Translations under genes and position numbers: made by a program | The notes under the pieces: generated by a model | The model's database searches: none | Seen by the model: the letters and a program-made list of their open reading frames with translations, nothing else | What the model was told of the DNA's origin: nothing | Assembly: GCA_035538515.1 (NCBI GenBank) | Contig: DATLKF010000032.1 | Coordinates: 36,073-100,072, forward strand | Direction of reading: 5' to 3' | From: Gemmatimonadales bacterium | Lineage (GTDB): Bacteria > Gemmatimonadota > Gemmatimonadetes > Gemmatimonadales > GWC2-71-9 | Length of the DNA stretch: 64,000 nt | Shown here: positions 1 to 9,022 of the stretch, piece by piece | Numbering within the stretch: the first letter of the stretch is position 1 | How the letters are laid out: each line of letters opens with the position of its first letter

Positions 1-389
1 GGCGCCCGCCCGGCAATGAGACCGTCACGCCCGGCGACCGGATCCCGATGATTCCGACACAACGCGCCAACGCCGGAGTCTCGCTTCCGCTGGCGGGCGA
101 GCGATTGCGGGCGCGGCTCGATGCGCGCTACGTCGGCCCGCAGTATCTCCGGGGTGACGAAGAGAACGTCGAACGGCGGCTGCCGGATTACACCGTGGCT
201 GACGCCGCGCTCGAGGCCAGCTTCGGGCGCTACGACGTCCGCGTCGTCGCGCCCAACGTCTTCGATCATTCGTACTTGACGTTCGGTACGTTCGCGGCCA
301 ACCCCACCGTCCCCGGCAACCCGGTCGAGCGATTCGTGACGCCGGGGATGCGGCGGCATCTGCTGGTGAGCGTGAGCGGGGAATTCTAG
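1..389 (+). CDS. TonB-dependent receptor, C-terminal fragment (5' part outside window)
   Basis: The frame is open to the window edge. Barrel-like C-terminal strands end ...HLLVSVSGEF, with the terminal aromatic residue typical of TonB-dependent/OM beta-barrels. Confidence 0.7.
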   Translation, partial: RPPGNETVTPGDRIPMIPTQRANAGVSLPLAGERLRARLDARYVGPQYLRGDEENVERRLPDYTVADAALEASFGRYDVRVVAPNVFDHSYLTFGTFAANPTVPGNPVERFVTPGMRRHLLVSVSGEF

Positions 390-390
390 A

Positions 391-495
391 GTCGTCAGTC
401 GTCAGTCATCAGGTATCAGTTGCACGAATGCGCGGGCCGGGTTTCCTTTCTCCTCGCGAAACCCAACTGATGACTGAGCACTGACGACCGATCAC
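391..495. repeat. Palindromic heptad-array element, family D
   Basis: Left arm 391-421 is gtcgtca gtcgtca gtcatca ggtatca gtt. Right arm 465-495 (aactgatgactgagcactgacgaccgatcac) is its imperfect reverse complement. An inner hairpin pairs gggtttc 439-445 with gaaaccc 458-464. The element fills the spacer between the receptor stop (387-389) and the etfB ATG (499). Confidence 0.8.
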
Positions 496-498
496 TCC

Positions 499-1251
499 AT
501 GAAAATCGCTGTCTGCATCAAGCGCGTGCCCGACTCCGAAACGCGCGTCAAGATCGCCGCCGACGGCAAGTCGATCGACGAGGCCGGGGTCAAGTTCATT
601 CTCAATCCCTACGACGAGTTCGCGGTCGAAGAGGCGCTGCGCCAGAAGGAGCGCGCGGGCACGGGCGAAGTGGTCGTCGTGGCGCTCGGTCCCGCGGCCG
701 CGCAGGAGACGATCCGGACGGCGCTCGCGATGGGTGCGGATCGCGGCATCCTGCTCGAGACCAAGGGACTTCACCCCGATGGCTTGGAGACCGCGCGGGC
801 GCTCGCCGGGGAGCTCAAACATGCGGCGTTCGACTTGATCCTGTTCGGCAAGATGGCGATCGACGACTACAACCATCAGGTCGGTCCGATGGTGGCCGAG
901 CTGCTCGACTTGGCGTGCGTGACGACGGTGGCCCACCTCGAAGTTGCCGGCAACAAGGGGACCGCTGAGCGCGAGATCGAGGGCGGTGTGGAGGTGGTGG
1001 AGTTCTTGCTGCCAGCGGTGCTCACCACCGACAAGGGGCTCAACGAGCCGCGCTATCCCGCGCTCAAGGGCATCATGGCGGCGAAGAAAAAGCCGCTCGA
1101 GGTGAAGCCGACCGCGCCGGGCCCAGGGGCGCTGGAGATCGTCTCGCTCACGCTGCCGCCCGAGCGAAAGGCGGGAAAGATCGTGGGCGAGGGCTCCGCC
1201 GCGGTCCCCGAGCTGGTCCGTCTGCTGCGTGAAGAGGCCAAGGTCCTGTGA
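499..1251 (+). CDS. etfB: Electron transfer flavoprotein, beta subunit
   Basis: The N-terminus MKIAVCIKRVPDSETRVKI... and the full 250-aa pattern match ETF-beta. A GTGA overlap couples it to etfA. Confidence 0.92.
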   Translation: MKIAVCIKRVPDSETRVKIAADGKSIDEAGVKFILNPYDEFAVEEALRQKERAGTGEVVVVALGPAAAQETIRTALAMGADRGILLETKGLHPDGLETARALAGELKHAAFDLILFGKMAIDDYNHQVGPMVAELLDLACVTTVAHLEVAGNKGTAEREIEGGVEVVEFLLPAVLTTDKGLNEPRYPALKGIMAAKKKPLEVKPTAPGPGALEIVSLTLPPERKAGKIVGEGSAAVPELVRLLREEAKVL

Positions 1252-2231
1252 GCAACGTGCTCGCGGTGCTCGAGCAGCGGGACAGTACCCTTCGCAAGGT
1301 GTCGCACGAGGTGGTGACCGGGGCCCGCCGGCTCGCGGATGCTCTGGGAGCCTCCTCTACCGTGGACGCGCTCGTTGTCGCGGCAGCGGCGCCCGTGCGC
1401 GGCGTGGACCAGCTGGGAGGATTTGGGGCAGACCGCGTGGTCACGTTGACGAACGCAGCGTTCGCTCGCTATGCACCGGAGGGATACGCGCGCGCAGTCG
1501 CCGACCGCGCCACGGCGGGCGCCTATGGAGCCGTCGTGTTCGCGGCGAGCGCTACCGGGAAGGACCTCGCGCCTCGGGTGGCCGCCCGTCTCGGTCGCCC
1601 CCTCGTCCAGGAGATCACCGACGTGAGCGTCGCGGGCGGCGCCGTGATCGCCATCCGGCCGGTGTACGCGGACAAGGCGCTCCTCAAGATCAGAGTCGCT
1701 GGCACGCCGGCGGTCCTGTCGCTTCGCCCCAACGTGTTCACGCCGGTCCAGCGTCCCAAGGCGGGCGTGCAGGAGACGGCGACCGTGGACGGCGCGGCGG
1801 GCCGGGTGGTGGTGAAGGAGATCAAGGCCGCCCCCGCGGGCACTCTCGACGTCGCCGAGGCGCCGATCGTCGTGTCGGGCGGTCGCGGTCTCAAGGAGCC
1901 CGCCAACTTCAAGGTACTCGAGGCGCTGGCGGCGGCGTTCGGTGGTCGCGCTGCGGTGGGTGCGTCGCGGGCGGTGGTAGACGCCGGGTGGCGGCCGCAC
2001 GCGGACCAGGTGGGACAGACCGGGAAGACCGTCAGCCCCACGCTCTATGTGGCGGTGGGCGTTTCCGGCGCGATCCAGCATCTCGCGGGGATGCGGACGT
2101 CCAAGGTGATCGTGGCGATCAACAAGGACAAGGATGCCCCGATCTTCAAGGTGGCGGACTACGGGATCGTGGGCGATCTATTCGAGGTGGTGCCGAGACT
2201 GACGGAGGAGATCAAGAAGCTTCATGGGTAA
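1248..2231 (+). CDS. etfA: Electron transfer flavoprotein, alpha subunit
   Basis: The C-terminal FAD-binding region ...[34 protein letters not shown]... is present, and the gene directly follows etfB. Confidence 0.92.
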   Translation: MSNVLAVLEQRDSTLRKVSHEVVTGARRLADALGASSTVDALVVAAAAPVRGVDQLGGFGADRVVTLTNAAFARYAPEGYARAVADRATAGAYGAVVFAASATGKDLAPRVAARLGRPLVQEITDVSVAGGAVIAIRPVYADKALLKIRVAGTPAVLSLRPNVFTPVQRPKAGVQETATVDGAAGRVVVKEIKAAPAGTLDVAEAPIVVSGGRGLKEPANFKVLEALAAAFGGRAAVGASRAVVDAGWRPHADQVGQTGKTVSPTLYVAVGVSGAIQHLAGMRTSKVIVAINKDKDAPIFKVADYGIVGDLFEVVPRLTEEIKKLHG

Positions 2232-2234
2232 GCG

Positions 2235-3893
2235 GTGAGCGGTGCGCGGTTCGTCCCGGCTCACTTCCAGCCGCCGCTGCCGCTGGACAAAGTGCTGCTG
2301 CCGGTTGACGCTCCCGGTGCGGGCGACCGCATGGAGCTCGATGCCCTAATTGTCGGCGCGGGACCGGCGGGGCTCGCGTGCGCCATCGAGCTCGCCCAGC
2401 TCGCCCGGCGGGCCGGCCGCGAGGTGAACATCGGTGTGCTCGAGAAGGCCGAAGCGCTGGGCGAGCACTCGCTCTCTGGAGCGGTCGTCAACCCCCGCGC
2501 GTTCCGCGCGCTGTTCCCCGATCTCCAAGATCGAGATTTCCCGTTCCGCGCCCCCGTGACCAAGGAGAAGGTCTACCTCCTGACCGGCCAGCGCGCTCTC
2601 CGGATCCCCACGCCGCCCACCATGCACAACGCCGGCAACCAGATCGCCTCACTGTGCGAGATCGTACGCTGGTTGGGAGCGCGGGCGGAGGCCCTTGGGG
2701 TGAATCTCTTCACCGGGTTTCCCGCTGCGAGTCTGCTCGTCGAGCAGCGGCGCGTAGCGGGCGTGCGCACGGTTGCCACCGGGCTCGATCGCGATGGGCG
2801 AGGGCTCACGAACTACGTCGCGCCGAACGATCTCGTGGCGAAGGTCACCGTGCTCGCCGAGGGGACACGCGGCAGCCTGTCCCAGGCGTGGCTGGAATGG
2901 CAGGGAGTACCGTCCCAGAATCCCCAGATCTTCGCGCTGGGGGTGAAGGAGATCTGGGAGACCAGGCGCTCGCTCGACGCGATCGTGCATACGCTCGGCT
3001 GGCCACTCGGGAACGACGCCTTCGGCGGCAGCTTCATGTATCCGCTCGCACCCGACCTGGTGGCGCTCGGCCTGGTGGCGGGGCTCGACTACGGCGATGC
3101 GGCCTTCGACGTGCATGCGCGCTTCCAGGAAATGAAGCTGCACCCACTGTTCCGCCGTGTCCTCGAGGGCGGGGAGATGGTCGAGTGGGGCGCGAAGACG
3201 ATTCCCGAGGGCGGCTACTACTCGGTCCCGGCGCGCCGCTCGGGCGACGGCGTGGTGGTCGTGGGCGACGCTGCGGGTTTCGTGGACGTACCGTCGCTCA
3301 AGGGGATTCACTACGCGATGCAGTCGGGGATGTTCGCGGCGCGCGCGATCTTTCCGGCGCTCGACTCGGGCGACCCGTCCGCGGCGCGACTCGCTGAGTA
3401 CGACCGTCTGCTCGACGACTCGTACATCATGCAGGATCTGTATCGCACTCGGAACATGCGGTTGGCGTTCAAGGACGGGTTCTACCTGGGCGGCTTGAAG
3501 GCGGCGCTGATGACGTTGACCGGTGGCCGGTTCCCCGGCGACAAGATCGCCATGAAGCGCGATGCGGATGTGGCGCGAAGGCTAACCCCGGGCGCGAGCC
3601 CGGGGTCTACCCCTGACGGCCGTCTCACCTTCTCGAAGGTCGACGGCGTGTTTAAGTCCGGCAACGCCACCCGCGATACGATCCCCTCGCACCTCGGGGT
3701 GGGGCGCGACGTGCCGGCCGCGGTGGCGGAGTTCTACGCCCGGCTGTGTCCGGCCGGAGTGTACGAAGTGGCCGGTGGGGCCACGTTGCGCGTCAACGCG
3801 CCAAACTGCGTCGACTGCAAAGCCACGGATGTGCTGGGCCCGCGCTGGTTCCCGCGAGAGGGCGGCAGCGGTCCCAAGTACAAGCGAATGTGA
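2235..3893 (+). CDS. Electron transfer flavoprotein:quinone oxidoreductase (ETF-QO)
   Basis: FAD motif LIVGAGPAGLACA, a C-terminal ferredoxin-like Cys region (CPAGVY...NCVDCKATD) and the family C-terminus GGSGPKYKRM are present. GTG 2235 gives the longest ORF; ATG 2331 (MELDALIVGAG) is an alternative start. Confidence 0.9.
   Translation: MSGARFVPAHFQPPLPLDKVLLPVDAPGAGDRMELDALIVGAGPAGLACAIELAQLARRAGREVNIGVLEKAEALGEHSLSGAVVNPRAFRALFPDLQDRDFPFRAPVTKEKVYLLTGQRALRIPTPPTMHNAGNQIASLCEIVRWLGARAEALGVNLFTGFPAASLLVEQRRVAGVRTVATGLDRDGRGLTNYVAPNDLVAKVTVLAEGTRGSLSQAWLEWQGVPSQNPQIFALGVKEIWETRRSLDAIVHTLGWPLGNDAFGGSFMYPLAPDLVALGLVAGLDYGDAAFDVHARFQEMKLHPLFRRVLEGGEMVEWGAKTIPEGGYYSVPARRSGDGVVVVGDAAGFVDVPSLKGIHYAMQSGMFAARAIFPALDSGDPSAARLAEYDRLLDDSYIMQDLYRTRNMRLAFKDGFYLGGLKAALMTLTGGRFPGDKIAMKRDADVARRLTPGASPGSTPDGRLTFSKVDGVFKSGNATRDTIPSHLGVGRDVPAAVAEFYARLCPAGVYEVAGGATLRVNAPNCVDCKATDVLGPRWFPREGGSGPKYKRM
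3852..3893 (+). repeat. Direct repeat copy 1 (native 3' end of ETF-QO, PREGGSGPKYKRM*)
   Basis: ccgcgagagggcggcagcggtcccaagtacaagcgaatgtga; about 36/42 nt identical by eye to 4297-4338. Confidence 0.85.
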
Positions 3894-3894
3894 C

Positions 3895-4347
3895 TCACAG
3901 CAGCTTCTTGAACTGCGCACGCAGGGTCAACTGCACCCGATTCTCCACCTTCAGCTTCCGGTAAATGTGGTGCAGGTGGATCTTGACCGTCCCTTCGCTG
4001 ATGGCCAGCCGCTGCGACATCTCCTTGTTGCGCAGACCGCGCGCCGCCATACGCACCATCTGAATTTCACGTGGCGTCAACCCGCCGACCGCGGCGGATG
4101 CGCCGGCCTCGCGCTCGAGCAGTGCGTGCAGGGCGCGAGTACAGGCATGCTTTTCGACCCACTGTTCCCCCGCGTGGACCTGGCGCACACAGCGGACCAC
4201 CATCTGCGGCGCCTGCTCCTTCAGGATCATCCCGCGCACCCCGAGACGGAACGCCTCAAGGACCTCCGCTTCTTCCAGCACGGCCGCGAGCAGTCCCCGA
4301 GAGAGGGCGGCATCGGTCCCAAGTACAAACGGATGTAGACCCGACAC
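3895..4347 (-). CDS. LuxR/NarL-family HTH protein, apparently a 5'-truncated response regulator
   Basis: The C-terminal LuxR HTH is LTPREIQMVRMAARGLRNKEMSQRLAISEGTVKIHLHHIYRKL. Upstream, only the last part of a receiver domain remains (...FRLGVRGMILKEQAPQMVVRCVRQVHAGEQWV). The first ~17 codons are the reverse reading of the duplicated ETF-QO tail, and the start is GTG. Confidence 0.6.
   Translation of the reverse strand: MSGLHPFVLGTDAALSRGLLAAVLEEAEVLEAFRLGVRGMILKEQAPQMVVRCVRQVHAGEQWVEKHACTRALHALLEREAGASAAVGGLTPREIQMVRMAARGLRNKEMSQRLAISEGTVKIHLHHIYRKLKVENRVQLTLRAQFKKLL
4297..4338 (+). repeat. Direct repeat copy 2 (orphan duplicate of ETF-QO 3' end, PREGGIGPKYKRM*)
   Basis: ccgagagagggcggcatcggtcccaagtacaaacggatgtag. 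It keeps the reading frame and a stop codon, and differences from copy 1 are mostly synonymous. Confidence 0.85.
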
Positions 4348-4447
4348 TGTGGCGGGGGCGCTGCGTCAGCGCGCTGCTCCGACCCCCCATACGCTCGAAT
4401 TCCGCCGTCTGGCACCGCCTGATCCGGGTGGGCCATGCGGCACGCGC

Positions 4448-4481
4448 GTTGCACAGAAGCATCGGTTGCACAGAAGCATCG
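4448..4481 (+). repeat. Perfect tandem duplication, 2 x 17 bp (GTTGCACAGAAGCATCG)
   Basis: Read directly from the sequence. It lies 38 nt upstream of the ATG at 4519. Confidence 0.9.
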
Positions 4482-4518
4482 GCGGAAGTGGCCTCGCGGG
4501 ATCGGACTCTGGGGCGAT

Positions 4519-5208
4519 ATGACCTGGTACAGGGTGGTCATCGCGCTGCTGGCGCTCGGCTTGGCGTTCGACGTGTACCTGCGGGTTCGTGCGCGTCGGC
4601 GCGAGAGCGCGTCGTCGGGCGACGAGCTCGCGGGAATCGAGGACTGGCGGAGCTTTTACGAGCGCGCGGAGGCCGAGTTCGAGCGGGCCCGCCGCTACGC
4701 TCATCCGTTCAGCCTGTGCTATTTCGACCTCGACGACTTTACGGAAGTGAGCGATCGCTTCAGTCCCGACGTCGCGGAAGCGATGCTCCGCTCGCTGGCT
4801 GAGTCCGCCCGCGCGTCAATCCGCTCGAGCGACGTGATCGGGCGCTTGGGGAGCGACGTCTTTGCCCTGCTGCTTCCTGAGGCCGGCTCGGAGGCGGCCG
4901 ACGCCGTGATCCGCAAGCTGCAACAGGCGCTGGGAGACATGTCGCTGCAAACCGGGCTGCCCCTCACGATCACCGGCGCGGTGGTGACATGCCAGCCGCC
5001 CACGGAAAGCCTTGAGGCGGTGATCGGCGCGGCCGACCGCTTGCTGTCCGGCGCGAGGAATGCCGGCAAGGGCACGCTGTGGAGTGAGGTGATCGCCCCG
5101 CAACCACTCGAGGGCTTCGAGCCGGCGCAGCTGCGGCGGGCCCGTCGGTTGCCACCGGCATTCGACGTGCCGATGCCCCCGATGCAGCGGCGACAAGGGG
5201 GCGGCTGA
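4519..5208 (+). CDS. Membrane-anchored degenerate GGDEF-domain protein
   Basis: The N-terminal TM helix is MTWYRVVIALLALGLAFDVYL. The GGDEF fold pattern FSLCYFDLDDFTEVSD...VIGRLGSDVFALLLPE has GSDVF in place of GGDEF. Confidence 0.7.
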   Translation: MTWYRVVIALLALGLAFDVYLRVRARRRESASSGDELAGIEDWRSFYERAEAEFERARRYAHPFSLCYFDLDDFTEVSDRFSPDVAEAMLRSLAESARASIRSSDVIGRLGSDVFALLLPEAGSEAADAVIRKLQQALGDMSLQTGLPLTITGAVVTCQPPTESLEAVIGAADRLLSGARNAGKGTLWSEVIAPQPLEGFEPAQLRRARRLPPAFDVPMPPMQRRQGGG

Positions 5209-5209
5209 T

Positions 5210-5845
5210 CTACAGCCCCGCCATCTTGATCCCATCGATGATGAACTGCACGGCGATGGCGCTCAGCACGAGCCCCATGAGCCGCGTGAGGATGCGCATC
5301 CCCGTCTGACCGAGCCGGCGCTCCAGCCGGGTCGCGGCCGCGAGCGTCAGGTAGCAGATGACCGCGGTGAGGGCGATGGCGACGTACACGCCGGCCGTCG
5401 TGACCGGCGACTTCGCTGCGCCCGCGAGCACCATCACGGTGGAGATCGCACCCGGCCCCGCCAGCATTGGCACGCCGAGCGGCATGATCCCCACGTCCTC
5501 CTTCTCGATCCCCTCCGCCTTCTCGACTGCGGTCTCTTTTTGCTGACTGCGGCGCGCCTGCACCATGTCGAGCGCGTTGAGGCCGATCAGCACGCCGCCT
5601 GCGACTTTGAAGGCCCCCAAGGTGATACTGAAGAGCCGAAAGATGAGGCTGCCGCCCAGCGCGAACGCGGTGAGCGTGATGGCGCAAGTCCACGCCCCCC
5701 GGCGCGCCATGGCCCGGCGCGTCTCCGGGGTGTCGCGAGCCGTCATGGCGAGAAAGGTGGGTACCGCCGTCAACGGGTCGACGATGAACAGGACGGAGGT
5801 GAAGATGAGGAACAGCTCCTGCAGGGTCTTCACCATGGGCGTCAC
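5210..5845 (-). CDS. MarC-family integral membrane protein
   Basis: It has a multi-TM profile and N-terminal FIVDPLTAVPTFLAMT, typical of the MarC/UPF0056 family. Confidence 0.8.
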   Translation of the reverse strand: MTPMVKTLQELFLIFTSVLFIVDPLTAVPTFLAMTARDTPETRRAMARRGAWTCAITLTAFALGGSLIFRLFSITLGAFKVAGGVLIGLNALDMVQARRSQQKETAVEKAEGIEKEDVGIMPLGVPMLAGPGAISTVMVLAGAAKSPVTTAGVYVAIALTAVICYLTLAAATRLERRLGQTGMRILTRLMGLVLSAIAVQFIIDGIKMAGL

Positions 5846-6648
5846 ATCGCGACCTGCACGACGCGGTCCTTCCCAGCGCGCTTCGCCTCGTACATCGCCT
5901 GGTCGGCCTTGCGGATCAGCTCGTCGGTGCCGGCCTCGGTCCCCGCGACTGACACGACGCCGATGCTGGCGGTCACGGAGGGAGTGCCCCGGAACACGAT
6001 GCGGATGCCGGCCACCAGGCGCGACGCGGCCGCGTGGGCCACGCCGGCGTCGGTTTCGGGCATCAAGACGCCGAATTCGTCGCCACCCAGCCGTCCCACG
6101 ACGTCCGCCGCGCGCACGGCGGCGCGCATGGCGTCGGCAACCAGGCGGAGCACCGCGTCGCCGGTGGCGTGACCGTGGGCGTCATTGACCCTCTTGAAGT
6201 CGTCGAGATCGAGGTAGATCAGGGCCAGCGGGCGGCCGTAGCGCCGGTTGCGGCTCAGCTCCTGCGCCAGCTCGCGGGAGAAGGCCCGCGCGTTGAGCAC
6301 GTTGGTGAGCGGATCGTGGGTGGCGAGCAGCTCGAGCTGCGTCTGCGACCGCCGCACGCGCGACAGGCCGGCGATCGCGACCGCGACCACCGCGAGGTAG
6401 GCTACTTCGTTCACGATGCGGACCTGGAGCGGCGTGGCGATCGGCATCTGATCGATCCCGATACTGAAGCGCAGCAGCGCCGTTCCCAGTGCGAGGGCGA
6501 CGCCCCATCCGATGCCGTCCTGCCACGCCGCGAGCAGGACCGGGATCACGAACAAGATCCCGAGGCGTAGTTCCGGCGGTGCACGCACGTTTAGGACGAA
6601 GACGAGAGCGGTGAGCACCGCCCACGCGAGGCGCCGCAGCCAGGCCAC
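5842..6648 (-). CDS. Membrane-bound diguanylate cyclase (GGDEF)
   Basis: An N-terminal TM region is followed by HDPLTNVLNARAF...LIYLDLDDFKRVNDAHGHATGD...GRLGGDEFGVLMPE. The start is GTG. Confidence 0.85.
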   Translation of the reverse strand: MAWLRRLAWAVLTALVFVLNVRAPPELRLGILFVIPVLLAAWQDGIGWGVALALGTALLRFSIGIDQMPIATPLQVRIVNEVAYLAVVAVAIAGLSRVRRSQTQLELLATHDPLTNVLNARAFSRELAQELSRNRRYGRPLALIYLDLDDFKRVNDAHGHATGDAVLRLVADAMRAAVRAADVVGRLGGDEFGVLMPETDAGVAHAAASRLVAGIRIVFRGTPSVTASIGVVSVAGTEAGTDELIRKADQAMYEAKRAGKDRVVQVAM

Positions 6649-7905
6649 TTAGAAGGGTGCCTCGGCGACGTGGTGCGGATCGTCGAGCAGCAGGGCCGCC
6701 AGCGTCTCCCCGGCGGCCACGACGGGCCGGTCCTCCGGGACGACGAGCAAGGCGTTCGCTCGGGCCATGGAGGTGAGGATGCCGGAGCCCTGCGGGCCCG
6801 TCAAGCGCGCGGCCAGCGCGCCGCCCGGCTCGGCCTGCACCACCGCCCGCAGGAAGTGCCGCAGCTTGGGACCGAGGGTGATCGGCTCCGCGACGCGCAC
6901 CGGCACGATACGCCGGTACGGCAGCCGGTGGCCCAGCAACCGCCGCATCGCCGGCCGCACGAACAGCTCGAACGTCACCATCACGCTGACCGGATTCCCC
7001 GGCAACCCGATCCACGGCTTGCCGTCGAGCACTCCGAACCCCACCGGCGCGCCCGGACGCATGGCGATGCGCCACAGCTTGATGTCGGCACCCAGCTCGG
7101 TGAGCACCTCCCGCACGAAGTCGTGCTCCCCGACGCTGATGCCGGCGGTCGTGACCAGCAGGTCGCTATCTTTCCGCCCCGCCTCCGCGAGCCGCTCCCG
7201 CAAGCTGTCTTTGGTATCGCGCGCTACCCCGAGGTCGATCGGAATGCCGCCCGTGCGGCGAATCAACCCGTGCAGCGTGTACGAATTGGAGGTCACGATC
7301 TTGCGCCCGGCGAGCACCTCGGCGGCACGATCCAGGTCCACGATCTCGTCTCCCGAGCCCATGAAGGCGACGCGCGGGGCACCGTGCACGAGCGGAGTGG
7401 CCTGTGCGATGGAAGCGAGCACGCCGAGCTGGGCGGGCGCGAGGGGCGTCCCGGCCGCCAGCACCACCACGCCCTTGCGGATGTCTTCGCCGCGATGCCG
7501 GACGTTCTTACCGGCGTCACGTCCCGTGACGACGGTGACGCGACCCGCGTCCGCGGGCTCGGTGTCCTCCTGTCGCACCACGGTGTCGGCCCCGGCGGGG
7601 AGGGGCGCGCCCGTGAAGATGCGGGTGACCTGTCCCGGACCGATGGGCTTTGTGGGGAATTGCCCCGCGGCAACGGCTTCGATCACGGTGAGCGTCACCT
7701 TGGCGTCGGGTCGGGCGCGCTCGACGTCGGCGGCGCGCGCCGCATAGCCGTCCATCCCCGAGTTGTCCCACGCGGGCAGATCGATGGGGCTGATCACATC
7801 CTCCGCGAGCACGCGGTCGAGCGCTTCGCGCAGTGAGCACCGCGCGGCGGGAAGGGGCTCGATGTGCTCGAGGATCAGCCGAGCCGCGGCTGCCGGTGTG
7901 AGCAC
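6649..7905 (-). CDS. moeA: Molybdopterin molybdenumtransferase
   Basis: It has the MoeA N/central/C-terminal pattern, including ...PAWDNSGMDGYA... and GLPGNPVSVMVTFELF. Confidence 0.9.
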   Translation of the reverse strand: MLTPAAAARLILEHIEPLPAARCSLREALDRVLAEDVISPIDLPAWDNSGMDGYAARAADVERARPDAKVTLTVIEAVAAGQFPTKPIGPGQVTRIFTGAPLPAGADTVVRQEDTEPADAGRVTVVTGRDAGKNVRHRGEDIRKGVVVLAAGTPLAPAQLGVLASIAQATPLVHGAPRVAFMGSGDEIVDLDRAAEVLAGRKIVTSNSYTLHGLIRRTGGIPIDLGVARDTKDSLRERLAEAGRKDSDLLVTTAGISVGEHDFVREVLTELGADIKLWRIAMRPGAPVGFGVLDGKPWIGLPGNPVSVMVTFELFVRPAMRRLLGHRLPYRRIVPVRVAEPITLGPKLRHFLRAVVQAEPGGALAARLTGPQGSGILTSMARANALLVVPEDRPVVAAGETLAALLLDDPHHVAEAPF

Positions 7906-7906
7906 G

Positions 7907-8440
7907 TCAGGGCGGGAGGATCTTGGCCCGGTCCCACGCGACGTTGGCGAGCGTCACGAGCCAGGCGGTGTCCGTGAAGCGGAACACCGGAAAGTCGGCG
8001 CGATACTTGGTGTTGTCGGTCACCATTGCCACCCAGTCTGCAGGGTCGTGCACCGCCGGATCAAACAGCGGCTCGGGCCCCGCGGCGAGGCGATACACCT
8101 CGATCTTGGGGAGCGGCGCCCCCTTGAATCCTTCCACGAGCACGATGTCCGCCCCAGCCAGATAGCGTCGCGCCAGCGCCACCGGGTCGGACTCCTCCTC
8201 GGTTTTCTCCCATAGCACGCGCTGGCCGGGGCCCTCCATGAGCACGCGCTCCGCGTGTCCCTCATGCCAATGCCGCCAGGAGTCCTTGCCGCGCTGGTCG
8301 GTGTCGGCCGGGTGAGTGCCGTGCTTAATCGTCATCACGCGAAACTTGCGACGCGCGAGCTCCGCGGCGAGCGCGACGAGCAGCGTCGTCTTGCCGGCGT
8401 TCTTGCGCCCGATCACGGAGATCATCCGCGTCGCCGCCAC
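7907..8440 (-). CDS. mobB: Molybdopterin-guanine dinucleotide biosynthesis adapter protein
   Basis: P-loop VIGRKNAGKTTL is present, the protein is 177 aa, and the gene sits between mobA and moeA. Confidence 0.85.
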   Translation of the reverse strand: MAATRMISVIGRKNAGKTTLLVALAAELARRKFRVMTIKHGTHPADTDQRGKDSWRHWHEGHAERVLMEGPGQRVLWEKTEEESDPVALARRYLAGADIVLVEGFKGAPLPKIEVYRLAAGPEPLFDPAVHDPADWVAMVTDNTKYRADFPVFRFTDTAWLVTLANVAWDRAKILPP

Positions 8441-9021
8441 ACGGCCTCCGCCCGTTGCAGATCTTCCGGTGTGTTCACGTTGAAGAACAGCTCGTCGGGC
8501 TCCCCGAACGCCCGGACGCGCTCGAGGGGTAGTGTACCGACGTTCACGGCGGCGTGGAAGCCGATTGCCCGGAGGTCACCCCGGTCGAGCTGACGCTCGA
8601 TGGCGGGGCCGCACGCAGGTCCGTACACGGCGCACAGCGGCTCGACACCGCGGCGCCCGTCGCTCTCCGGAAGAAACGCGTCGCGGCCCGCCGACCCGTG
8701 CACCAGCGCCCGCAACAGCTCCGGAGTAACGAACGGCATGTCCCAGGCGACACACAGCACCGGACCGGCGCCCGAGACCACCGCAGTGTAGATCCCGCCC
8801 AGGCTGCCGCAATCGGGACGCACGTCGCGAATCGCGCGCAGGTCGGGCCGCCACGTGGGGCCGTCGGGGGCGTTCGCCACGAGCAGGGGAGCGACGCCGG
8901 TCACCGCGGCGACGGCATCCACCACGCGGTCGAGAATGCGTTTTCCGCCGAGCTCGATCAACCCCTTGGGACGACCGCCGTAGCGGCGGGCAGCGCCGCC
9001 GGCGAGCACGGCGCCCCGCAC
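8422..9021 (-). CDS. mobA: Molybdenum cofactor guanylyltransferase
   Basis: N-terminal VLAGGAARRYGGRPKGL matches the LAGGxxxRMG-type motif. The protein is 199 aa. Confidence 0.85.
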   Translation of the reverse strand: MRGAVLAGGAARRYGGRPKGLIELGGKRILDRVVDAVAAVTGVAPLLVANAPDGPTWRPDLRAIRDVRPDCGSLGGIYTAVVSGAGPVLCVAWDMPFVTPELLRALVHGSAGRDAFLPESDGRRGVEPLCAVYGPACGPAIERQLDRGDLRAIGFHAAVNVGTLPLERVRAFGEPDELFFNVNTPEDLQRAEAVWRRRG

Positions 9022-9022
9022 C

